Assembly: GCA_964632045.1 (NCBI GenBank)
Contig: CAZWBB010000004.1
Span: 18,615 to 82,614 of the forward strand
Direction: 5' to 3'
From: an uncultured Methanosarcinales archaeon
GTDB taxonomy: Archaea > Nanobdellota > Nanobdellia > Woesearchaeales > GW2011-AR9
Length of the DNA stretch: 64,000 nt
Made by a program: the position numbers and the translations under genes. A model generated the notes under the pieces. It saw only the letters and a list, made by a program, of their open reading frames with translations, was not told where the DNA came from and made no database searches. Shown here in pieces: positions 29,241 through 38,321 of this stretch. The first letter of the stretch is position 1. Every line of letters starts with the position of its first letter.

Positions 29241-31205
29241 ATGCAAGATTATATCCAGGAATGGAAAGAAGTGCTGCGGGGGGCAGGAAGATTTCACAAA
29301 GTACAGTTGAAGAAGCTGGTAATACAGGCCCTGGACTGTGCCGTAAACAGAAATGCGGATGACATTGAGGATGAGGGGACTAGGGACAGAATTCTGAAGA
29401 AACAGACAGAATTGCAGAGATGGAAAAGCTCTCTGGAGAAAGATGAGTCGCTTCAGTACAGTCCTGAGCAGGATGATTATCTAAGAATCCTAAATGATGA
29501 TTTCTCCCTCAAAGTAAAAGCGAAGGAAAATAAAATATCTGTATTTGAGGATCTTATCCCCTGCCTTGAAGAGTTCATAGAAAATGAAGAAGAGTCACAC
29601 GGGGGGATTGATCACAGTGTATTTGATTCTCAATTAAGGGATAGAGACAAAAGAAAATCTCTTGCTGAGCATTTTCTTGAATTCGCTTCCCTGGATAATA
29701 GGATTGATTATCTCCAGCGGGAGCTGATGATAAATGAGCAAAGATATCGGAAAACATCTCCTATTTGGACCTTGCAGGCAGAAGTAGACAGGGATAGGAT
29801 GGAAGAATCACTAGGTTTTGTCAGGATGATTGAAGGTAGTACGCCGTTGGACTATTCATTGCTGTTTAACAGGCCCATATTTGAAGAACCAAAGTGGAAG
29901 TTGCTGCACAGAGACAGGGAAGGCAGGCTGAAATATTTCTGCAGGGTTGAGGAAGAAAAAGATAAGTGGGAGAGGAATATTTTGGGGAATTGTGAAAGGA
30001 CATGGGGTGTCATCAATCAGCAACTAGGTGATTTAGGCGAGGTCAATACTACCAGTGATGCCCTGGTCTGCCTACAGAAGGTTGGCAGCAATCTGCAGAA
30101 AAGAGCGAGTCATCTTCTGAAAAGTAATAAGTACTTACTCAAAGCATTTCAGGTAAATGTTGGGAAGCATTATGAACTCCTGCAGTATTACCAGCTATTT
30201 GAAAAGAGAAGTAGGGATGGTAAGGAAGGAGAATATGAAAAAAAGCAGCTGGTGATCCGGCCACCCCAAACCTTGGCAGAACTGGTCGGTTGCAAAAGTC
30301 GTGATCATCTTTCAAACTATCCTGGACAATTACAGTATGACAATCTCCTTGGGAATTTTTGCTTCTTTGACCAGGATCAGAATCTGGCACAGCTCTATCT
30401 TTACGCAGCTCACGTACATACCCGCCTACTGGGCATCTGGATGAAGGATGAAGAAGGAGGAGAAGAGATGTTAGGCTTGGTACCGATGCTGATGCTACGG
30501 GACAAAAAGGGGAAGAAACCATGGTTGTATGTTGAAGCTCCCATGGTTCCGGCAGGACTGGCAACCCAAAGAGTAGAGTTTCAGGGTGAAAATATTGAAG
30601 TGAATTTCTATCAGGCTTTGATAGAGATTGTCGGTGCCTACAGTGTATTGCACGCTGGACAGCCGATGCCTATTGCTGGCTGTGCTAGGAAAGCAGATGC
30701 TGCTTACAGCTCCACGCTTGTACCGTGGATCGAGACACTTACTGAACAGTTCAGCACCCAAAAGTATCCGAATAAAGTGAGCTTTGGTAGCGCGACAACC
30801 GCCCAGAAAGGAATCAGAAAAGTAACCAGGCCAAAATATTTCGAGTCACTGGAGTTAGAGCTGCCCGACTACCAGAAACTCTTAGGATTTCTACAACATC
30901 TGGTCGTGTTAAAGGGAAGCAATCTTTATGAATACAATAAGTTGCTTACCAATACACAATCCTACCTGAATGATCCTGATCACGGTAGCAAGACATTATA
31001 TGATCAATGGCAGGAGATGTCTGGTGAGGTTGATTTTATCCCAATCATTAAGTATCTGCTATTGGTACATGACATGGACCAGTTGGATAAGGGAAAAGAA
31101 TTTACGTTGAGAGAGAAGATGGGAGAGATGTGGAAAAGATGTAAGTCTGGTGTAAGAATGTACGTTAAGCCTGTGGGGAAAACTGGAAGACGAGGGAGAA
31201 AATGA
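29241..31205 (+). CDS. Hypothetical protein: helical N-terminus plus a probably divergent family X domain, no obvious TM
   Basis: FCFFDQDQNLAQLYLYAAHVHTRLL...WLYVE...YLND...QWQEMSGE resembles VCTKN...YLDAADPFTHYL...LLVE...YSD...EWNNREGE. Confidence 0.75.
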   Translation: MQDYIQEWKEVLRGAGRFHKVQLKKLVIQALDCAVNRNADDIEDEGTRDRILKKQTELQRWKSSLEKDESLQYSPEQDDYLRILNDDFSLKVKAKENKISVFEDLIPCLEEFIENEEESHGGIDHSVFDSQLRDRDKRKSLAEHFLEFASLDNRIDYLQRELMINEQRYRKTSPIWTLQAEVDRDRMEESLGFVRMIEGSTPLDYSLLFNRPIFEEPKWKLLHRDREGRLKYFCRVEEEKDKWERNILGNCERTWGVINQQLGDLGEVNTTSDALVCLQKVGSNLQKRASHLLKSNKYLLKAFQVNVGKHYELLQYYQLFEKRSRDGKEGEYEKKQLVIRPPQTLAELVGCKSRDHLSNYPGQLQYDNLLGNFCFFDQDQNLAQLYLYAAHVHTRLLGIWMKDEEGGEEMLGLVPMLMLRDKKGKKPWLYVEAPMVPAGLATQRVEFQGENIEVNFYQALIEIVGAYSVLHAGQPMPIAGCARKADAAYSSTLVPWIETLTEQFSTQKYPNKVSFGSATTAQKGIRKVTRPKYFESLELELPDYQKLLGFLQHLVVLKGSNLYEYNKLLTNTQSYLNDPDHGSKTLYDQWQEMSGEVDFIPIIKYLLLVHDMDQLDKGKEFTLREKMGEMWKRCKSGVRMYVKPVGKTGRRGRK

Positions 31206-32266
31206 AATATGGTGGATTGAATGAAGAAAAGAATGGTGATCCCAATAAAAGATTATTTACAAAAGCAGTAGCTTATCTGTCAGACCCCATCAAGAAGGCA
31301 GCAAAAAGTGCTGGTTGTCTAGTTGCGGGAGCAAGTATGCTGACGGGAAGCGGTGTCTTTGGGCAGACTTTTGCTAACCCTGCATTATTTTATGGAGGGG
31401 CAAACGCAAGCCTGGATTTAGTAATGGGTATGGAAACTGCATTTGGTGGCATATCAGGTATGGAAGGAATTTATGGGGGGATGTTGATGGAAGAGACCAT
31501 TTTGCACCTTGATAGGCCAGAAGCAATGTTAATCGGTCTAGTGCTGGAATGCCATAATGGGGAGAGGTGTGACTTAGAAGAGATGAACTCATTAGCCGAA
31601 TCCATAACTGCAAAGAGGACGGGAAGGGGCAGTATTGTTGGTTCATCAGTGGATGATCTTTGGAGTGTACTTGAAGGCAAAAAATCTTCAAAGGGATCAT
31701 TCAGAGAAGCGTTGGCCGCCATCAGTATGAATCTACCTGTGCCTGATGAAAAGACAACGCCCGTAAAAAGAGTACTTGTACAAACTACAGAGGATGATTC
31801 ATTGAAGATAATGCGGGATTTTCATAACAGTGATGTCTACTTTTTCAATAAGAATGAAGGTCGTGTAAGCAAAATCAGTGCAGATTCTTTGGAAGGCTGG
31901 TCCAGGCAAGTGAATGGTAGGATCATCGGTCCGGAAGCTGCGCTTTTTATCCCTACAGAATTTGCGTATACCGGAGACACGAGACAATTGCTGCAGATTG
32001 CCGACTTGGGTCGTGTGGATAAAAATATTCTATTGCCCTGGACCCGGAAGTATGAAAGAGTAGTTTGGGAAGATGTCAACGACCCGTCCGAGTTTCATTC
32101 TGTTTTTGCAGCAAGCCCGATGGAAGACTATGTAAAAGATTTTAGCAAAGCAGGCAGACACGAAGTGAATGAAAAATCCGGGGTAGACACAGGCTGCCAA
32201 GTGTACGTACTAACGCAACAACACTCGTCACTTCTTTTTGGGGCATTGCTTGGGAATAGGCGATAG
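31202..32266 (+). CDS. Family Y protein 2
   Basis: N-terminal hydrophobic segment; ends PMEDYV...GVDTGCQVY...LLGNRR. Confidence 0.78.
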   Translation: MKYGGLNEEKNGDPNKRLFTKAVAYLSDPIKKAAKSAGCLVAGASMLTGSGVFGQTFANPALFYGGANASLDLVMGMETAFGGISGMEGIYGGMLMEETILHLDRPEAMLIGLVLECHNGERCDLEEMNSLAESITAKRTGRGSIVGSSVDDLWSVLEGKKSSKGSFREALAAISMNLPVPDEKTTPVKRVLVQTTEDDSLKIMRDFHNSDVYFFNKNEGRVSKISADSLEGWSRQVNGRIIGPEAALFIPTEFAYTGDTRQLLQIADLGRVDKNILLPWTRKYERVVWEDVNDPSEFHSVFAASPMEDYVKDFSKAGRHEVNEKSGVDTGCQVYVLTQQHSSLLFGALLGNRR

Positions 32267-32315
32267 TGGGATTTAGGCCGAAAGTATTATAAATTCCGGG
32301 AAATCTAATTATTAT

Positions 32316-33497
32316 ATGGGGGTCAAGAAGCTAAGAACATTAGGGATAGCAGCTGCTTTGGCAGGTAGCATCTCCTTCTCTCAACCTGCGCATTCTATGG
32401 TACAAACTGTATCCATGAACCTTCTGACAGCAAATTATGCTATGTCCATGAACTTTGGCTTTGTCTCCGGAATGGGGGTCGCAAGCATGGTCTATGATCC
32501 AGCAGTTATCAATCCGATGACCCATATGGTCTCTCTGCAGGTCCATAGCGATTATTTTAATGCGGTCAATTCACTTGGTCATATCATACAAGAAGCCGAT
32601 GATCCCTACAACAAACATGCTGTATGGACTGCTCTCAGGAAGGAAGCTGAGGATAATGGCTACAGAGAGGCGGTGAGGAGTCTTGACTACAATTATCAAA
32701 ATGATTATCTTGTCTATGAAGGTGATACCCTATGGGAGATCGCCAGAGCGTACTTAGGAGATCCTTTGAGGTGGGAGGAGATCGCTGCTGCGAATGATGT
32801 TTATGATCCCCGCCTGCTGCCGATCGGAAAAGGGTTAGTGATTCGTCAACAGTACCATTCAACAGAACAGCCAATAAATGAGCGGACAGTTAGTCGGACA
32901 AATTCTTTACCCACAGAGAAAGCAGTACCGCAACGAAGTTCCGATACAATATTCGGTTCACCAGCCCATCACCTTCGTCCAGAATCCCTACAACCAGTCT
33001 ACAGAGATGATTTTATGCAGATCGTACACGGTTCTTTTGATGGCAGTGTCCATTTTGTAAATTATGATCACGGAGTGATCAGCAGTGCTGATAGTACCGA
33101 ATCATCTGGCTGGTTCAAGTCTCCTCAGGGAGGGGTGGTTCGCCTGAAAGCAGAAGAGCAGCTCTTGATCAATTCGCCTAAACTCTTTGAAGGAGCTCTT
33201 GTTGATCTGTATCAGTTTGATCAAAGAAGGCTGGCTTTTGTCAACAGAGAGAACGGAGATATCGTTAAATTGTTTGATGCTCTGGATGGAGAGGAGGTGA
33301 CGACGATAGAGAATGATCCTGTTTTGTTCTATGGGGATCATCAACCGGTTCCGATGAAAGAGTATGTGAAAGCATTGAGCAGCAGCGGCAGGAAAATTGC
33401 AAAAATCAACACAGGAGTAGGTACTGGTTGTCAGATGTATGTTGTCCCCGCAGAACCTTCCCCAAAACTCCTGCAGGCTCTGATCAGGAGAAAGTAA
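32316..33497 (+). CDS. Secreted family Y protein 3 with a LysM domain
   Basis: Signal peptide; YLVYEGDTLWEIARAYLGD..RWEEIAAAN...PRLLPIGKGLVI; ends GTGCQMY...LIRRK. Confidence 0.85.
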   Translation: MGVKKLRTLGIAAALAGSISFSQPAHSMVQTVSMNLLTANYAMSMNFGFVSGMGVASMVYDPAVINPMTHMVSLQVHSDYFNAVNSLGHIIQEADDPYNKHAVWTALRKEAEDNGYREAVRSLDYNYQNDYLVYEGDTLWEIARAYLGDPLRWEEIAAANDVYDPRLLPIGKGLVIRQQYHSTEQPINERTVSRTNSLPTEKAVPQRSSDTIFGSPAHHLRPESLQPVYRDDFMQIVHGSFDGSVHFVNYDHGVISSADSTESSGWFKSPQGGVVRLKAEEQLLINSPKLFEGALVDLYQFDQRRLAFVNRENGDIVKLFDALDGEEVTTIENDPVLFYGDHQPVPMKEYVKALSSSGRKIAKINTGVGTGCQMYVVPAEPSPKLLQALIRRK

Positions 33498-33534
33498 TTC
33501 CACAAGTAATCAATTTCTTTTCTGAATAGTATTG

Positions 33535-33545
33535 TTTTCGTAAAA
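33535..33545. promoter_or_regulatory. Recurrent motif TTTTCGTAAAA
   Basis: Upstream of TATA-like ttttatat of the 33593 ORF. Confidence 0.5.
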
Positions 33546-33592
33546 GAAGCAGAAGAAGATTTTATATTTGACAAAGCGTACGATAATCCAAC

Positions 33593-34063
33593 ATGAATAT
33601 CAGTTCAAAACTCTCTGATATTAAAGAGAGCATCTACGACAGCATCGACTCAATTGCAGATGAAACAAAAGAAGCACTCCTTGGCGGCCTGATCATGGCC
33701 ACTGTTCTCGGAGGCAGCTGCTATTACTGCAGGGGACAGGAGCTGCATGATGTTACCGTCTCTTCATTTGAAAGAAACATGGGCTACTGCGGAGAGTACG
33801 GTGAAGTGGACTGCTATAACCCAGTCCACACTTTTTCAGGGGTAGAAGGCTGCTTTGAAGACAAAAGCTTGAATGGCTGCTACAATTTCGAAGAAGGTGA
33901 GAAGCTGATCATGCAGCCAGGTGATAAGATGAAAACTGTCACCTATCGTAATCCAGTACTTCCTCCTTGGGGATGTGATGTGATAACTGAAGTGGATCCT
34001 TCCAAGGAAGAGATGGCTGGTAAAGGCAGATGGAGGGACAAGATACTTTGTCTGTTCAGGTGA
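33593..34063 (+). CDS. Small membrane-anchored Cys-containing protein
   Basis: One TM segment followed by several Cys. Confidence 0.7.
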   Translation: MNISSKLSDIKESIYDSIDSIADETKEALLGGLIMATVLGGSCYYCRGQELHDVTVSSFERNMGYCGEYGEVDCYNPVHTFSGVEGCFEDKSLNGCYNFEEGEKLIMQPGDKMKTVTYRNPVLPPWGCDVITEVDPSKEEMAGKGRWRDKILCLFR

Positions 34064-34084
34064 TGAGGTAAGCTGAGGTAAAAA

Positions 34085-34507
34085 ATGGAACATATTGAAA
34101 AGCTGTTGAATCAAAGTATTATTGAAAAATCTGTACTCATTTATGGGCAGATGAACAGATTAGGTCTCAGGCATACCTGCGACGAATCCATCCCCTGCAC
34201 TTATATGGAACATCGTTATACCAAAGACACTCATAGGTGGGAGTTTCGGGATGGAAATGGAATAAGGTATCAGATCGACTATGAAGAGAACGAAAAATAC
34301 AGTCGCTCAGAACATGGTACACGGACAACAGAAGTCAAAGTTATCCGTCATAACCCTGATTCCACAAAAAGTAAGATCCTATCCAGCAAACATGTCTACT
34401 GGTGGACAGATTATGTGCAGGAAAGGGAAGAGACGCTGGAATGTTACACCCGTCTGCATATGGAAGATGATCTTGGTAGATTTCTGATGGGGAAGCTTAG
34501 AGAATGA
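34085..34507 (+). CDS. Hypothetical protein
   Basis: gaggt SD before the ATG; 140 aa. Confidence 0.65.
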   Translation: MEHIEKLLNQSIIEKSVLIYGQMNRLGLRHTCDESIPCTYMEHRYTKDTHRWEFRDGNGIRYQIDYEENEKYSRSEHGTRTTEVKVIRHNPDSTKSKILSSKHVYWWTDYVQEREETLECYTRLHMEDDLGRFLMGKLRE

Positions 34508-34523
34508 AGCACTTGCCATCTAC

Positions 34524-35480
34524 TTAATAAGAAGTTGTTCTTGTTAAATGGTATGGTTTATCGTTTTTTAGTTTCTTTTGACCTAGCATCCAAATATGGT
34601 CATTAACATGAATTGAATCTGCGTGTAAGATCTTCTTCTGAATTTTTTGTTTTATTAATTCAACAACCCAAATTGTATTTGCTCTTAACTCAATCTCTTC
34701 TTCACTATCTCTCTCTATTGGTATTTGATTATCAATTTTACCTGCTAGATTATCTGAATAAGAAAAAATACCTAGTCTCCTTAAAACAAATGGTAATTTA
34801 TAATCAGCACACGCGGTCAATTCATTGATATTCTTTAATCTACCCAGTCCGTGTCCACCAAATGCCTGAACAATATCTGAAACTAGAAGTTGGGCACGTT
34901 TGTAGAAATAGACTTTTTCACCTTTGTATATTGATGAATCCTCAAATGATGGAAAATTCTTTACTATCAATCTCAATAATTCTTGTGAATCCCCTTTGGC
35001 ATCTTTAACGAGATTAGTGAAATCCCCTTCAAAGTTATTTACTAAAGTTGTTCCAATTTCTCTAAGAATATTTAACCTTTCTTCAAATAAAGGGATTTGG
35101 ACATTTCCTTCTAAAATTTTACTCAACTCAGATTTTTTAATTTGAGATAGATATTTTGTATCCAGGATGCGCAATCCGTTTTCAACGGCTCTGGCCACAG
35201 CACAAATCATCCCATATGCACCATCCACTTCTTTAGAATGGTATTGTATTTTCCATTTTGGATCACCCCAATAAGAAAAGCTAATTGAATTAAATACGAG
35301 TAAAAAATGCAGTCTGTCTTTTGGAATTAAGTTCTTTATATCAAATGGTGATTCATTTATCCAATGTTTAATGTGCTTATAATCAAAATAATTACAAAAT
35401 TCATCAACTTTTTGAGAGTTTATTCTTACGTGTTGAGAATTTTCAACAACGAATTTGGGAGATTCTATGATTCTATTCAT
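34524..35480 (-). CDS. Queuosine salvage family protein (DUF2419/QNG1-like N-glycosylase)
   Basis: NSISFSYW, PLFEER, FPSFED, FYKRAQLLVSD, LTACADYKLP.VLR.LG, EIELRA, HLTRTTSY. Confidence 0.92.
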   Translation of the reverse strand: MNRIIESPKFVVENSQHVRINSQKVDEFCNYFDYKHIKHWINESPFDIKNLIPKDRLHFLLVFNSISFSYWGDPKWKIQYHSKEVDGAYGMICAVARAVENGLRILDTKYLSQIKKSELSKILEGNVQIPLFEERLNILREIGTTLVNNFEGDFTNLVKDAKGDSQELLRLIVKNFPSFEDSSIYKGEKVYFYKRAQLLVSDIVQAFGGHGLGRLKNINELTACADYKLPFVLRRLGIFSYSDNLAGKIDNQIPIERDSEEEIELRANTIWVVELIKQKIQKKILHADSIHVNDHIWMLGQKKLKNDKPYHLTRTTSY

Positions 35481-35523
35481 GTGGCAAATAGAAAAGCGAG
35501 ATTACTTAAAAAATGTTTGCTAT

Positions 35524-36567
35524 TTACTTAACATAAGAAACATACTGTGGATTCCTGAACACAGGCAGACTTTCGATATGACTTATCCCTTCTCCAAACT
35601 GCTGGCATAATTCCTGCAGGATGTCTGACAGATGGGCGTTATGTTTGACGAAGAAACTTAATTTGTAGTTATAATCCCCAAGATACTTGGTGCACCAGAC
35701 AATGTGCGGGTGCTGCTCAGTCCAAGTTTTGAATGCTGTCTCCACCCCCTGCTTTACATTCAGAAATACAAAGTTGAACTGCAATCCAAGGTGGGCAAGT
35801 GCTGCGTAGCAGATGAAACCATGGATGACATCTTCTTTTATTAACTTCCTGATCCTGTTCTGCAGCTGGAAGACGCTGATACCGGTCTTCTTGGACAGAT
35901 CTGTCAAAGGAATCCGTGCATTCAATTTCAGTTCATCAAGAATAACTTTGTCTGTATGATCGATTTTGATCATTTCTCTGCTGATGTTCTGCATGTCAAA
36001 TTCTTTCTGGAAGGCACTACCTTTCCGCTCTTTGATCTTATTGAGATAATCCCGGTCTTTCTTTTCATCTACGAGCATCTTCAGTCTCATGAAACGCTGC
36101 TCGAGACGGGTTAGGATGTTATAATTCTTGATCTTGTCTCCATGACGAAGCAGCAGGTTATGGAAGACATCATAACAGGTATGTTCATCCTTGGCCATTA
36201 TGGTAAGGATGATGTCATGCATCCCCCCACATTGAAAAACAGAACTTATTTCCGGGATGGTCTTAATGTCATTTACAACATCGTCAACCTTGACTGTAGT
36301 ATTGACCTTCAGCCCCACTCCCTTAGAACACAGACCTACTTTTTGCACATTGATCAGAGTCAGATAACCATGGATGATTTTAAGCTCCTGCATCCTTTTG
36401 ATGCGGTAAGCCACCACTTCCCTCCCTATCTTAAGATGTTTGGCGATGGTCGTATTTGAGAGTCTGGCATTGCATGAAAGCAGGTACAAGATCTTTCTAT
36501 CTATTAGGTCCACTTTTTCCTGTTTGACCTTTACCTGCAATTGACCTATAAATTCTTCGCCGTTCAT
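35524..36567 (-). CDS. Tandem Lrp/AsnC regulator, paralog 3
   Basis: DRKILYLLSCNARLS, ERKGSAFQKEF, DKVILDELKLNAR. Confidence 0.92.
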   Translation of the reverse strand: MNGEEFIGQLQVKVKQEKVDLIDRKILYLLSCNARLSNTTIAKHLKIGREVVAYRIKRMQELKIIHGYLTLINVQKVGLCSKGVGLKVNTTVKVDDVVNDIKTIPEISSVFQCGGMHDIILTIMAKDEHTCYDVFHNLLLRHGDKIKNYNILTRLEQRFMRLKMLVDEKKDRDYLNKIKERKGSAFQKEFDMQNISREMIKIDHTDKVILDELKLNARIPLTDLSKKTGISVFQLQNRIRKLIKEDVIHGFICYAALAHLGLQFNFVFLNVKQGVETAFKTWTEQHPHIVWCTKYLGDYNYKLSFFVKHNAHLSDILQELCQQFGEGISHIESLPVFRNPQYVSYVK

Positions 36568-36690
36568 TTTCTACAGTATGCTTAGAATTGCAGTTCTTTT
36601 TTAATCTATCGGAAGAAAATGGGCTGATTTGTCTTTTATAATTATACGCTAGTAGTCATACAACGTGAAACATACCTACCTTTCCTCTAA

Positions 36691-36701
36691 TTTTCCGAAA
36701 A
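36691..36701. promoter_or_regulatory. Recurrent motif variant TTTTCCGAAAA
   Basis: Between Lrp paralog 3 and the divergent surface-protein array. Confidence 0.45.
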
Positions 36702-36813
36702 GTATACTCCAGCTGTGGCAACTATTCTTTTCGGCAAATATCTGGAAGGAGATTTTATTATTTATTTTGAGTACTGGTATACACAACAGAGGGGATAATT
36801 GGAGGATTTGAAA

Positions 36814-37839
36814 ATGGGAAATAGGAAATTTGGACGCCAAATGTTATTGTATTCTTTGGCAGGAGTGGTGGGGTTGGGCAGTTTGGGCGGCTGCGGTTCA
36901 GTGAAGTTGGAGCAGAGGGGTCAGCTGCTTGTGGAAAAAACAGTTAGACCGTTTGGCACAGACACTGAGAGAGTTACAGGTCGTCTACCCATCACGCCTT
37001 CGTATCGGCCAGGAGTTGATCCAGGGGCTGTCGCAATAAACGTGGCAGAGTTTGAACGCTACTGCCATGAAACATTCAACTTTACCGAGTGGGTTGACCG
37101 GGAGGCTAAGATCAACAGTCCGTCTCCTTCCAGAGAAGTCTGCAGAATTGCCAGGGAGAGGGTTGGTGAAGCCCAGCTGGATTATCTCAAGGCCAAGGAG
37201 TTGCGGGAGCAGTTGCTTGTTCATACGGGAAGGTTGGACCGGATCGTAGACAGGTTGATCGGGGTTCTGGATGAGAGGGACAGTAACCTGACTATCTCAC
37301 CAACAACAACCATCTCACCGACGACGACTGTAAGCCCTGGAACAACTCTGAATGCAACAGTTGAGTCTGGTCTGTCTCAAAGCGCCGCCAAACTTGCAGC
37401 GGCCGGTTCCTGGGTGAGCAGGGAGATAAGCAGCGATTATCTGTCGAGAGAGATTCAGAAAGCTGTATGCAACGGTGAATCTGTGAAAGAGATCAGTTAT
37501 GAGAAGGTGGGAGCACTTACTTTTGCTGACTGCAGAGTTGATCCTTTTGAGAAGACATCTGATGGAATCTATTCGTTGACTGAAAAGGCTAGTTCGTACT
37601 CGGATGCAGGTAAATTGACAAGAGGTACTTTACTGCTGTGCGGTAATGCCGATAAGAGAGCTGCCGACAGATGTTTCTCTAAGACAAATCTTGACCTGTC
37701 CGGTCACAGAGCGGTGTCTGTGCTTAATGCCGTCTATAGGAAACTGGGAGAAGGCAAACTGCAGCAGACACATGCGGACGTTTACTCAAATGGAGAGAAG
37801 CTGGATGAAAGGACGGTTGAGGTGTATTTGGTTAAATAG
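36814..37839 (+). CDS. Putative lipoprotein, first gene of the array
   Basis: ggagg SD; signal peptide ending LGGC; TISPTT repeats. Confidence 0.8.
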   Translation: MGNRKFGRQMLLYSLAGVVGLGSLGGCGSVKLEQRGQLLVEKTVRPFGTDTERVTGRLPITPSYRPGVDPGAVAINVAEFERYCHETFNFTEWVDREAKINSPSPSREVCRIARERVGEAQLDYLKAKELREQLLVHTGRLDRIVDRLIGVLDERDSNLTISPTTTISPTTTVSPGTTLNATVESGLSQSAAKLAAAGSWVSREISSDYLSREIQKAVCNGESVKEISYEKVGALTFADCRVDPFEKTSDGIYSLTEKASSYSDAGKLTRGTLLLCGNADKRAADRCFSKTNLDLSGHRAVSVLNAVYRKLGEGKLQQTHADVYSNGEKLDERTVEVYLVK

Positions 37840-37850
37840 GAGGCAAAAAA

Positions 37851-38117
37851 ATGAACAGATACTATAGTCTGATTGTGGGTGCGGCTGCCCTTGCTCTAAG
37901 CGGAGCTTACATGACAGGATGTGATGATGAGCATCCTAAAGAATGCTGCGAACAGATGTCACGGGAATCGCCCTGCAAGAACGATTACCACTGCGGGTAT
38001 GCAGATCAGGAAGATGCTAAACTATGCATCCAGAATTCTTCCGGAAAATACGAATGCTGTAAATGCAAACCGGACATAGATGATGATTATGATCGGGGAT
38101 ACGATGATGACTTCTAG
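37851..38117 (+). CDS. Small Cys-rich putative lipoprotein
   Basis: ggagg SD, MTGC lipobox-like site, 8 further Cys, acidic tail. Confidence 0.75.
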   Translation: MNRYYSLIVGAAALALSGAYMTGCDDEHPKECCEQMSRESPCKNDYHCGYADQEDAKLCIQNSSGKYECCKCKPDIDDDYDRGYDDDF

Positions 38118-38307
38118 GAAGCTCACTTGGTTACTTGGACTTTCTGCTCTGGCATATGGAGGTTGCGATCTGACTGGCAGCGATGATGACCTCTACTCGC
38201 AGGATGCTGGAGGTTTCATAGAGATGGATGGTGTCAGCCACAATTCGGGGGACGGGGGAGAGTGGGGCAGGGAGGATCGAGGTTTCCGCTGCTGCGTAGA
38301 CATTTGA
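38104..38307 (+). pseudogene. Internally deleted lipoprotein: signal peptide joined to an FGE-type C-terminus
   Basis: LAYGGCD...DAG then RGFRCCVDI, matching the end of the next gene (RGFRCCVDL). Confidence 0.6.
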
Positions 38308-38321
38308 ACGAGGTAAATAAA

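Noticed and set aside
5959..35480. QueK/QueL-type queuine salvage pathway from hydrolase, radical SAM and QNG1-like genes
   Set aside because: The genes are 14 kb or more apart and no subfamily-specific evidence is visible
37291..37347. Short tandem DNA repeat
   Set aside because: Explained by a TISPTT peptide repeat with synonymous variation
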